Assembly (NCBI GenBank): GCA_905178155.1
Contig: CAJINV010000008.1
Coordinates: 3,683,420 to 3,747,419, forward strand
Direction: 5' to 3'
Length of the DNA: 64,000 bases
From: Amoebophrya sp. A120
Lineage: Eukaryota; Protista; Dinoflagellata
The position numbers were made by a program, and so were the translations under genes. This document shows positions 33,163 to 43,855 of the stretch, piece by piece (position 1 is the first letter of the stretch; every line of letters begins with the position of its first letter). The notes beneath the pieces are model-generated. The model saw only the letters and a program-made list of their open reading frames with translations. It had not been told where the DNA came from and ran no database searches.

Positions 33163-34189
33163 GATCGGGGCGAAGATGATCTTCTTGTTGAGGTCGTCCA
33201 AACTGATTCTGAAGTCGTGTAAAAAGTCTAAATGCATCATGACGCGGGTCGTTCATTTTCCATTGTACGGGACCACCTAAATTACAGGGGTGCACACCGG
33301 AGTAGACCACCTACATAGAGTGGAGGTATAATTGCGCCACTCTGTCATTGACTTGGAGGCTGTGGCAAAGTGGAGTTCTTGTAACGCAACTTTTCTATAG
33401 TAACGGCGGCGTTCTTGCCTTGTCGTGTAACCATATTTGCAAAAAATGTGCCGCAAGATAAAGAAAGATCGCATCCTCGCGAATGAACACAAATAAATGG
33501 CGCTTATGCTAGTATGCCGGTCAGCACTGGCAGGAGTGTCGGGACCGACCTCGGATTCTCAGCAGGTGGTGCAGCAGTTCGAATCCTCTGCAAGAGTTCA
33601 TTGATCCGGTCGAGGAAGTAATATCACGTGATTGAAGATACTCCTGTAGCTATTTGTCTCGTTCTCACATGAAGATGCTACTGCTAGGTTATTTCTTGCA
33701 TCGCTTTTGAGGGCGGATCAGGAAGATCATGGTGAGGCTCATTATGAATGTGATCAAGAACTTATTTGTTGTGATTGTTTTATAATTTTTGGGTCATGCC
33801 GTGTGGTAGCGTCATATTAGCGCAACCATTCAGATTTATTTCTGTGTAATATGTAGTTGCAGTTCCACTTTCAGCTTCGTCGGTCCAGCGAACAACTCCA
33901 AGTGTGCCATGATGAGTGCTTTTAGTTCTATAAGTAAGTCGTGAAAGCAAAAGAAGACAAGCTCAAGCAGCCAAAAAATCCAACTATGAATATGTTTTCC
34001 ACCAGTGCGGCCTCAGGAGTGGTCCGACTACCTACCTGAATGCACCTTCTGCCGCTAACTGCTCCACCATTGATCATCTACATCAAGATCAATCTTAGTC
34101 TTGTGCTTTTTGGCTTTTGCAATTACTTTAATTCCATCTCGTGACTCAGGAATCACTGCAGTCAAAGAAAAAAGCGATATTAGACCATC

Positions 34190-36949
34190 ATGAGTCAAGA
34201 TTTGCCTGCCGCACGACCTGGTGGGCGCGAGGACATCATCACGGGACGAAACGGAAATTGCCAGAAATTTCAGGAAGCCATTCGGGCGATGCCAAAAGTT
34301 GAGTTGCACGCGCATCTGAGCGGTTCCGTGTCGCAAACCAAGTTGCAGGAAATGCTGGCGAAAAGGGTGGAAAAGGAAAATTTGGATGCGAGGACTCGGG
34401 GAGGTGAAAGAACGCCGGATGGGGAAATCGACACGCTGTCCCAGAAGCGGCCAACTCGCGGCGCTTCTACAACAACGTCAACGTTCGAAAAGTTCGACGT
34501 TCGAAGCATTATTTTTGGCGGAAATAAAACTACGTCGCCCGATGCTGCTCCTGTTTCAACATCTGCACCAAAGTCTTCAGAGGCTGCATCTTCTGCTTCA
34601 TCACGAGAGCAGCTTCTGTACAATGAGGCGATGAAAAAGTGCTTCTCCTACTTCGACCTGGTCGCGCAAGTCATCACGGACCTGGATGCCTATCAAATGT
34701 AAAAATGTCTGGGTCTGGAAGAGTCATGCTGTTTCTGCATGACACAGAAGGTCTGGCATGGAAGCTCTAGCATCACAGGCTTCGAGAAGCTTCCGCAATG
34801 CCGAATCCGCATGACAAATCCCCCATTTTGGTGACAGAAAGTGAGCAGCTTTTGCTGCCTACGCATCAGAGATTTTTGTGTGTTCTGAAATGCGCATCAC
34901 AAGTTACATCCTTCCAGACCCAGACATTTTTACACTTGATAACGCCTTGCGCGAGGCAACGACGCATGTGTTCGAAGAGTTCGCGGACGAGGGTATCCTG
35001 AGTAAAAACGTCCCCATACCAGAGCCAGGATGGAAAATCTGCTAGACAGATCAGCCAACTTTGGTTGTTTCGCCTGACACGTTTGTCCTGGCAGTGTGGT
35101 CCTGTTTAGCTAGTTCAGCAGCATCACAGATCTAGCACACCATGCTACTTCTAGCATCGCAAAACCCAAAACACGACTAGAAAAAGCTTCTCATGTGGCA
35201 TCACATGAGACACTTTTTTGTCATGCAGATTTCCATGACAACTCTGGGGTGGGGATGTTTTTACTCAGAATAGAGGGCTGCGTGTATTTGGAAATGCGGA
35301 CCACCCCGAAAAAGTTCACGCAGCCGGCAGGTCATCAAAAACCGCACACCGGCCCGGCAGGTAGTGCTAGTTGCAGCAGGAACATGACGATTAAATCCTC
35401 AACGTCCTCTTCTATAATTCCAACAACCTCGGAAGAGGATTACATTTGTGTTGTTAAGGAGTGCGCAGACGAGATTTTCCGGAAGAAAAACCTAGTCGTG
35501 AAACTACTGCTGTCCATCAATCGGGGCACGATCCGCTCGAAACAGGACGCGGAGGACCAGGTCGCGATGGTGTCTCGCCTCCTGGATAGATTTTTTTACG
35601 ACCAAGATGGGAGCTCGGAGGGTCGTCAAGATCATGTACAAGCAGGTCAAGAACATGATGATCGCGATCTCCATGCCGTGTCCGGCCCCTTCGTTGTCGG
35701 TCTGGACGTTAGCGGCAATCCGGCGACGGACTCGGTGGTGCCGTTTCTGTTACCCGTTTTGGTCGAAAAGTACCGCGAGCTGGAGAAAATGGGGAAACCA
35801 AAACCGCCAATCGCCTGGCATCTCGGCGAACGGGAGGATCATTGCGTTATTTTGCCGCCCGGGGGACCGAGGACCGCCACGATGAACAAGAACAGAAAAA
35901 TGGGCGAAGGTGGTGGTAAGCACGGCAAAAGCAGCAGTCCACCGCGACGGACAGAAACTCCCGTCGTGGAGGCGAGCACCTCTGATGTGTCTGCAGCTGT
36001 TGCAGTACCAGGACATGGACATCTGAGCACCACTACCACTACGACTACAAGTAGGACAACTAATGTATTGACAGGGACAGGGGTCGTCCACGACGGTGGC
36101 GATCATGATGTTCCCGAACACGACCAGGAGCCGCCTGAGAGGAAGCGGCGGAAAGAAGTTCTGGTGTCTTCACGGTCCTCAGGCCGCTGCGCAGAAGTAG
36201 TAGTAGATGAACTTCAACTTCTTTCTTCATCCTCCACCCCCGCGGCGGAAGTAGAAGTAGATAAAGTTCTGGACCACGTCGACGTGCTAAACATTCGTCG
36301 GCTCGGACACGTGTGCTTTCTCACCGCCGAGCAGCGCCGCCGGGTGTTTGCCATCGCGGACAGGAGGACAGCAAATGAGCTGCCGTTTTGCGTGGAGCTC
36401 TGCCCGACCAGCAACGCGGTCACAAAGTGTCTGAGGAATCTAGCCGACCACCACTTCCCACTCTGGTACGCCGGGTCGTCGTGCAAGAGAAAAATAAACG
36501 GCGGCGAGGGCGGAGCCATGTCAACATCGTCCTCTGGCGAAGTAGCAGCTCTCCCTGACAAGAACGCGCCGTCGGACGAGGTGGCTTCGGCCTCAGCACC
36601 TCCTTCGCAGCTGAGAGTCGCCCTCTGCACCGATGACACGGGGCTGTTCTGCTGTACCATCAGCTCCGAGCTAGAGGATATGGCCGTCGCGTTCCGCTTG
36701 TCTCTGGCCGAGCTGCGGCAGCTCCAACTCGATGCCATAGACGCGAGCTTTCTGGTCAGAGGTGGGCCTCCACCAGGCAATCACGCCAAAGGCGGGTGTC
36801 GCGAAGCGACTTCAGTCATAGCGGGCGGCGCATCGGCTACAACCCCGGTATCTGCAGGAGAGACCTCGCGCCAACTCACTTGGAGCGGCTTCTTCTGCGG
36901 TAGCTGCCACAAAGACAATTCCAAACATCGGGGGGAATCTGTTGCTTAA
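34190..36949 (+). CDS. ADAL: Adenosine deaminase-like protein (ADAL/MAPDA family); last exon interrupted at ~36841
   Basis: MPKVELHAHLSGS, EGCVYLEMRTTPK, KLLLSINR, VVGLDVSGNP, WHLGE, RLGH, VELCPTSN, LCTDDTGLF. Introners 34691-34941 and 34994-35272. The present stop at 36949 lies inside cassette 1. Confidence 0.9.
34691..34941. mobile_element. Introner family A
   Basis: Family A TIRs; DR atgcc/acgcc; restores TDLDALREAT. Confidence 0.93.
34994..35272. mobile_element. Introner family B
   Basis: tatcctgagtaaaaacgtcccca / tggggatgtttttactcagaata; DR gaggg; restores FADEGCVYLE. Confidence 0.93.
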
Positions 36950-37914
36950 AAACAAAATACGGACACAGACACTGACGCTGAACCTATGATCATCGAAGTG
37001 AGTGCATCTCAAGTAAGATGATGAAATAGAAGATCGATGAAGAAGACGAGCCGGCGCAAGAATCTTTTGAGTGTTGATCGAGATGCTCCTTGTTCCCTAC
37101 AGCTGTTTGGTGGCTGAAGCTGAGCGAGAGAGAGACTAGGCCACGCACGACGGAGCGCAGCGGGTTGGGTTCTCTTTGTAACGAAGCGGTGCCATGAGGA
37201 GCTTCAACATCGCACGTGTTGCAAGAAAAAAGGAAGGACACGACTAAGCATGTACAAAAACTAGTTCTGGCCGTCGATCCCGGTTCGTTGTACATTTTTA
37301 CCCATTCCCCTGCGGCTCTTGCGCCCTTTCACCATTCATTGCCCAAAATGAGATGCATATGTCGTCGTGTTTGTTCTCTCTGGTCCGTCCTTACCTTGCT
37401 CTCCACCAGCTTTCTGGTTTGGTGGACGGTCGTGGTCGACGATCCTGACGACGGAAAAAACGTGGCGTTCGTGCCTGTATTTATCCACAGAAGTAGCGAC
37501 GAGTACATATCTACTGGCGCGCGATCGGATGGGCGAGGAGGAGAAGGGGCGGAAAGCGTCGACGAGGAGAGTGACAAGCAGCAGGAGCGCTTCGTGCTGC
37601 TTCGCAAGTTCCACCAATCCAGCTCTTTTTTCGGCGGTCATATTAGCCAGAAAGCCTTATCTGACGCAGCAGACGACAACAATACCGAGGCAACCACCGC
37701 TGGCGCGATGGTGTTCGCGGAAAATGGTGACGCAGCAGCTGAGCAATATTCTGTTGAGGAAACGGAACCAGGGTTGTCATCGGGTTCAAGCTCATCAAGA
37801 ACTGACGAGGTGGACGCAGGCCATAATCAGCGCTACGATAAAAATATGCTGGACTCCGCCGCGGCGCTTGTTTCTAGCCATCGTGTGCGTTCCGCACGGT
37901 CGACTTTTCGATCT
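36842..37914 (+). pseudogene. Cassette 1: diverged copy of TTLL fragments, intergenic DNA and the GT32-like 5' end
   Basis: Aligns by eye to 22061-22123 joined to 23056-24069. Confidence 0.93.
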
Positions 37915-38871
37915 GCGACTTCTTTCATAGCGGGCGGCGCATCGTCTACACCTGCGGACATACCAGAATCTAAACTGCGTCCCTGGATCAAAACGTTTAG
38001 ACCAGACGAGGAAACGTTTAGGAATATCTCTAAACTTCTAAACTTGAGTACCTGTAGGTAGTGTCTGTAGTAGGAGGCTGTAGCTGTCTTTGTGAAAGGT
38101 TTTAGCTGTAGTTGTTGGACATAGTCTAAAACGATCTAGGTAGGAACTAGGCAAGAGAAGTGGAACAGACTGAGGCAGAAGAGGGAAGGAAGATTCTCTT
38201 CGGCACTCTGTCATGTCCCTTCTCTGTAACTCTCTCTCTCTCTCTCACTCATTTCCCGCAGGTTTTTATATATTCATTGTTTTGTTGGATGTCGAGCCAT
38301 TGCCAAAAAGCGTACGCGAGGCCGATCCGTGACCAAGATGGCAGTTTGAGCAGGTGCACTAAACACGCACTGCTGAAGATCCGCGCGCGTTTCGATTCTG
38401 TGAAAAGATCCACACGATTGAAGACCTGTTGCTGTCTTTTTCCGCAGTATTCGCTTGTGACTAGTCACCTATGATGGCCGTGCCGCCTGTACTTTTGGTG
38501 AGAAGAATGACTCTAAGGCCCCGCCCTGCGTCTTCGGATGTTGTGGTGGTTAGGTATGGCGCCAGTTTTGGGCCAAGCTCAGCGCTTGTTTGCAAAAAAA
38601 AAAACACAGGAACTACAGCACAGGAACGAAAGAAAGTTTGCCGCTGTACCATACGGAACATTTCACAACTTTGCAACACTGCCAGAAAGTTTGTTTCTAA
38701 GAACGCTAACCCTTGCACACATCAGCCTACATACTCTTTTAGACTTTTGAGACAGACTAGAAAAGTAACGACCGGACCGGGGCCCTCCATCGCGCGCGGA
38801 CTTTTGGCGCTAGCACTAGCAGCACACCCAATAACCCACCCGCCGGGGCAACATTGTCTGACATCCGAGCC

Positions 38872-39135
38872 TATGAGATGCAAAAATGTCTGGGTCTGGA
38901 AGAGTGTGAACTTGTCACGCAGGTTTTCCATGACCCCTATGAGCTGTAATGGATGACCTAGCATGACAGATTCCGCAAGATCACTGTCGTGCCTATCCTG
39001 CATGAGAAACTCCCTCCCAATTTGGTCGAAAGTGGACAGCTGTAGGCACTCACGCAACACAGATTTTTGCATGATTCGGATTTAGCATGACAAGTTGCAA
39101 TGATCTTCCAGACCCAGACACTTTTGCATTTGATA
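38872..39135. mobile_element. Introner family A inside cassette 2
   Basis: Family A TIRs; DR gagcc. Confidence 0.92.
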
Positions 39136-40729
39136 GAGCCGGGGGCAATGGTCGGGAATTTTTTGGATGACCTTTCCGAGGAGGAGCCTGCGGGGCGTGG
39201 CCGCTCCGTAGCGCCACCGGGCAGCCAGCACTCGTCCGTGTCGGATATCGTGGAGGCCAGCGGTCGTGGACTTACGCAATCACGCCAAAGGCGGGTATCG
39301 CGAAGCGACTTCAGTCATAGCGGGCGGCGCATCGGCTACACCTGCGGTTAATTTTCATTCTCAATCGATAAAGAGCTAAGTTCGCCCGAGCTGACACACG
39401 ACTCGGTGTGCACCTGGTCGATGACCTCGCGCTGAGGTCTAGCACTGGCGCGTTCGTAGCGCGAACACAAATTCCGCTCTAAATGCGGGTCGCGCAATAG
39501 AGATGCACCTACGAGCTGCGAGAAGAAGGCAGCTGCGAGCTGCTCTGCGCTTTCACGACGCGCACAACATTGCTCGTAGGGAGCTGTTTTGGGTAGGACG
39601 TGCGTGCGCACGAGGTGATTTTGTATCATTCCCGGTCGCCGCATATCACAATACCCAATCGCCGAGTGCGTCGACCGTCTAAGGTGCTGCCCGGCCCAGC
39701 CACCATATTCTAGGTGGCCGGGCAGGACGAGGAGCTGAGGGTCACGCGACGACAAGAAGTGGAGCGTGACCCCTACCACGGGCGCATGCCGTGCGGGGCG
39801 GATCCTCGCACGGACTGTATCCGGTCGGGGAGGGCTCACCACTCCGTCGGCCCCCCGACCACCCCAACATCGGGCGTAGCTTGTTTCAAGTACAAAGAGC
39901 TGCGGCTTTCAACTACAGAGATATCGGCGCTGCTGCGGGTGTTATCGGTGCCATGCAGCACCCTTTTTCTCATTCAGTCTCATTCTTGAAGTTCTATCTG
40001 AAGCATCTATCAGCCGCATTCTGCGGTACTCTCGTGCCAGGTGGCTGTAGAAGTACGCTCTTGCGATAATTTACGACAATCCTCTCGAGATTGAGACGCG
40101 AAACCCTGGGTGGTGTTATTATTACGCTTCATTTTAAATGCTACTTCGAGCACAATACAGTGCTAATTTTAAAATTTAAAATTAGCTGGCCGCGAAATCA
40201 TATCGATTTTCTAAAAATTGCGATAGTTCCCCCCTCTATTTTGAAGGGGAAAACGCGCGAAACTTCAGTCATAGCGGGCGGCGCATCGGCTACACCTGCG
40301 GACAAAATTTTTGGTTAGCAGACCAGAATCTCAACTGCAGCAAATCGTCTCAACGTTGAGCCAGAAGGTAGCCAACGTTGGGAAAAGTGTCTCAACTACT
40401 CAACTTAATAGAAGTAGAAGTAGAAGTAGTTCAAGCGTACAAGTAGAAGTAGAAGTGGGTGAGGCTAGATCGATCTAGAAGGAGTCGTGGTAGAGAAACT
40501 GCAGCAGAAGGGAAAGCACAGTGACAAGCAGGCAGAAGATGGAAAGAGGGCAGCGCCGTCTCTTTCTTGTCTCTATCTGGCTGTGTCGTTTCTCTCTCTC
40601 TTGTCTCTATCTGGCTCTCTCATCTCCTCCTCATCTCTTTCTCTCTCTACCCTCTCTTTCACCCTCTCGCACATCCATATCTTTGGTGTGTCAGAAATCT
40701 AACTTGAAGACACAAAGAAGACAAGACTC

Positions 40730-40870
40730 GTATTGCTCGACTGCGCTGTAATTTTGTCCACCGATTTCGACGATCCGTTTGTATTGCTCGACTGCGACGA
40801 TCCGTTTGTATTGTTTGACTGCGACGATCCGGTTGTATTGCTCGACTGCGACGAGCCATTTTGTCCACCA
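40730..40870. repeat. 27-bp tandem repeat (gtattgctcgactgcgacgatccgttt), 3 copies plus a partial
   Basis: Units at 40781, 40808, 40835; partial at 40730. Confidence 0.85.
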
Positions 40871-41264
40871 GAGCCCGATCCATGTTGTCCAAAGAACCAC
40901 AGGAGGGCCCTTGTCGTCGCCTTTCTCTTTTTTTGCCATTTTCTACATGAGGCCGGCTTGTGGTTCGATGTCAGAACCACACTCCGACCACTGCGCGCAG
41001 CTGTCCAGCGAGCAGTGCCCCTCTCTTTTCTCCAGCCAGGTTTGTTGTAGTTAGTACACTTAGGCAGGTTGTGTTGTAGTTAATCGAAAAGCATCAGTAT
41101 TGCATTTTGAAGTAAACAAAACTAACTACTACTTGTACTTGACTACTAAAAGCTATAACGGATTTAAGTAAAGCCATCGGGCTCGAAGATACAAAGTCAC
41201 AGGGAACCACCACCCGCCTCCGGGGCATCAATTACTTAGCGCGAGTTGCTGCGGCGCGAGAAGC

Positions 41265-42358
41265 ATGAGCTCCGCAGAAAAAGACCCGCCGGTGCGTGGG
41301 CGCTCCGCAGCACCCCCGGGCAGCCAGCACTCCGTATCCGACTGCGTCGAGGCCGGCGCTGGGCTGACTCCCTTGGTCGCGAGGATCAAGAAATGCAGCA
41401 CATCGGTCGGGAAAGAGCTGATCATGCGCGCGATCGACAAAGGGGAAAAGGAGTTTGAACGTTTGAACCTGCGAGAGGCGTGCGGGAAGCGGCGTCTCTT
41501 CGCCAATGACCTTGACGACATGCTGAAGCCGCAGGCGGACGAATTGCTGCAGGCCTCCCTACCAGCGCAGGGCCTTCTTCCCAAGCAACAGCGTCTTCTT
41601 CCGGGTCCGCTTATCAAATGCAAACATGTCTGGGTCTGGAAAATTTCGGGAGTTTGTCATGCAAATTGGACAAGGCCTCCCATGCCTGTGATGCATTCTC
41701 TAGCAACACAGATTTCTCACAGGTTTGCTCATGTCTATTCTGCATGAGAAGTGCTCTTTTTGAGTAGCAGCAATCACGCAATACAGATCTGCAGCAATCA
41801 CGCAATACAGATCTTTGTGCGATCGACAGCTAGCATCACAAATCCCATTCTACTTGCCAGACCCAGACATATTTGCAATGAATGCCGCTTGTGAACATGC
41901 AGGTGCAGGGGCTTGGCCCAGGGCAGGGGCTTCCTGGGCCCAGGGCAGGGGTTGCTCCCTTGGGCCCAGGGCAGGGGCTGCTTGGGCCCAGGGCACGTGG
42001 GCCCAGGGCAGGGGTTGCTTGCCCCCAGGGCAGGGGCTGTTTGGGCCCAGGGCCGGGGTTTCTTGGGCCCCCCCCGGGCAGAGTTTCGGCCCAGGGCAGA
42101 GGTTGGGCCCAGGGCAGGGCTAATGTCCCGCAGGCACTACAAAACGCGCCAGAGCATGCGGACTCGCCCGCGTTGTTTCTGCTTTGGCTCGTGTTTTGCC
42201 ACCCATATTCTCGCCTGCTTGCCTACCCCCCTACTGGGTGGCTCGCTTCTTTGCAGTTTCTTCGCATTTCAGTCATAGCGGGCGGCGCATCGGCTACACC
42301 TGCGGACAAAAATGGCTTCAGTTCGAATCAGATTATCAAAACGAAATCAGATTATTAA
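41265..42358 (+). CDS. Putative cassette-4 ORF of unknown function with GPGQG repeats (interrupted by an introner)
   Basis: MSSAEKDPPVRGRSAAPPGSQHSVSD... joins in frame across introner 41612-41884 to LVNMQVQGLGPGQG repeats; a homologous fragment lies in cassette 2. Confidence 0.45.
41612..41884. mobile_element. Introner family A inside cassette 4
   Basis: Family A TIRs (right end atg); DR ccgct. Confidence 0.88.
41905..42120 (+). repeat. tgggcccagggcagggg minisatellite (about 10 degenerate units)
   Basis: Directly visible; translates as GPGQG repeats. Confidence 0.85.
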
Positions 42359-42620
42359 AATCAGGTTAGAGATAAAATCAGGCTACTGAAATCAGAATAT
42401 CAGTGAAATCAGATTGATTGTCATCAAGGTAGTAAGTGCAATCAAGTTGTAAAAGAAAAAGCAACCAGGTAAGTCAATCTCAATGCTTTACCTCTTTCTC
42501 CTTCTTTCATGAAATATTATCCCAAACAAAAAAACCCGTGATGAAGACTCAGGACCGACGAAGCCGCTGGCGGTCGCAAACTCACCCGCCTTGTCTGATC
42601 GAAAGAATCCATGCCGTGGA

Positions 42621-42702
42621 TCTCAAACGCAAATATGTCTAGATCTGGAAGAGTGTGGTGCCAGACGGACCTTTCCAGGCCCAGACCCGTTTGCGCCCGA
42701 TA
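42621..42702. mobile_element. Internally deleted family A remnant (82 bp)
   Basis: tctcaaacgcaaatatgtctagatctggaa ... ttccaggcccagacccgtttgcgcccgata; no DR left. Confidence 0.55.
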
Positions 42703-43618
42703 ATTCGCAGCAAAGAACCAAACTCCGAACACCGGCGTGGAACTCGAAAAGACGAAGAGACAGCTTATGTTCGACTATGAGGAAGGCCACGACCCCGGGT
42801 CGGGGTCGGAAAACCATGCTCACGAGCAGGAGTGTCTCCAGCTCAACCTGAGAAAGTGCCAAGAAAATAAAGCAGTACGACCTGTGTGGGCCGAGGGTGA
42901 TGGTTGTTGAGGAGCGCCCTCCTGACGTTTCTTCCTCTTGGCCATTGTCGCTGACACGAGTGATGCGGGCGGGGGTTGATTGGGGGGTCTCGGGAAGAGA
43001 AGCCGGAACTTTGTCCCCTTCGAAAGAGGCAGAGTTCCGGTTGCCGCTGGGGGGAAGACAAGCAAAGCCACTTACTTGAAGAACGAATGACATCGCGCTG
43101 ACTTCCCTGTAGCGGAAGCCGGGGCATCGCCTCTGTCGAAAGACGAGGCGAAGCTCCGGCTTCCGTTGCGGGCGGGGAAGCCAAGAGCATCAACTTCTTT
43201 GAAGAAAAAAGGGACTGCGTTGAGTTCCACGCAGCGGAAACCGGCCCTCCGCTTCTGTCCGCTATGGGGAAGAGAAGCGGACTTATATATTGCCACGCAC
43301 GTTGTGGCAGATACCTGGCCGCATGGCCGGGAGTAGATGGCACAGCAGCAAGGCTGCAGTCCTCCGGGGGTCGTCGCGTTCTGGTCGGCACTCGTCAAGA
43401 GCTTCGCCGACCAGGAATCGAGGAGAGCGACGTGGGGAAGTGCACCGCAGTGTGGAGGTGCTGGAAGGCGGGGATGTGGGGAGGGCGGAAAATACCTCTC
43501 CACCTCTTCACCACTGGGGAGGCACCCCCCCACACGTGGGGACGGAGGTACCTCCCCAGTGTGGGGGGTAGGGAGGTGGGGAAGTTGATCCGTGGGCAGG
43601 TGATTCACACCATAGCCC

Positions 43619-43855
43619 ACTTCAGTCATAGCGGGCGGCGCATCGTCTACACCTGCGGACAAAAATTTTCAAGTGCAGCATCAACACGACGATCACTCTT
43701 CTAGTGCCACGAACAACAGCATACTTCCCACATCTGCTCGCGCAGAGAATAAAGATGATTGCAAAATGAACACAACGAAGCACAGCCCGAGAGGACAAGC
43801 GTCTAACTGTTTGCGAACAGAGTTGCTACAAAGGATCCTTGCGTTTTCTTGTTAA
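43619..43855 (+). pseudogene. Probable original ADAL 3' end, displaced by the cassette array
   Basis: In the ADAL frame, the last repeat continues TSVIAGGASSTPADKNFQ...CLRTELLQRILAFSC* for 79 codons, ending in a plausible terminal helix. Confidence 0.65.

Larger units (their letters stand above)
36809..43668 (+). repeat. Array of six direct ~45-bp repeats (acttcagtcatagcgggcggcgcatcgkctacacctgcggaca) separating five cassettes
   Basis: Copies at 36809-36841 (truncated), 37915-37960, 39276-39347 (5'-extended), 40262-40310, 42268-42313, 43619-43668. Confidence 0.95.

Noticed and set aside
40854-40863. agccattttg as a dinoflagellate spliced-leader relic
   Set aside because: Only a 10-nt match, inside a tandem repeat and not upstream of a gene.
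36809-43668. CRISPR array
   Set aside because: Spacers are 0.9-2 kb, there are no cas genes, the context is eukaryotic, and the repeat appears to be ADAL coding sequence.
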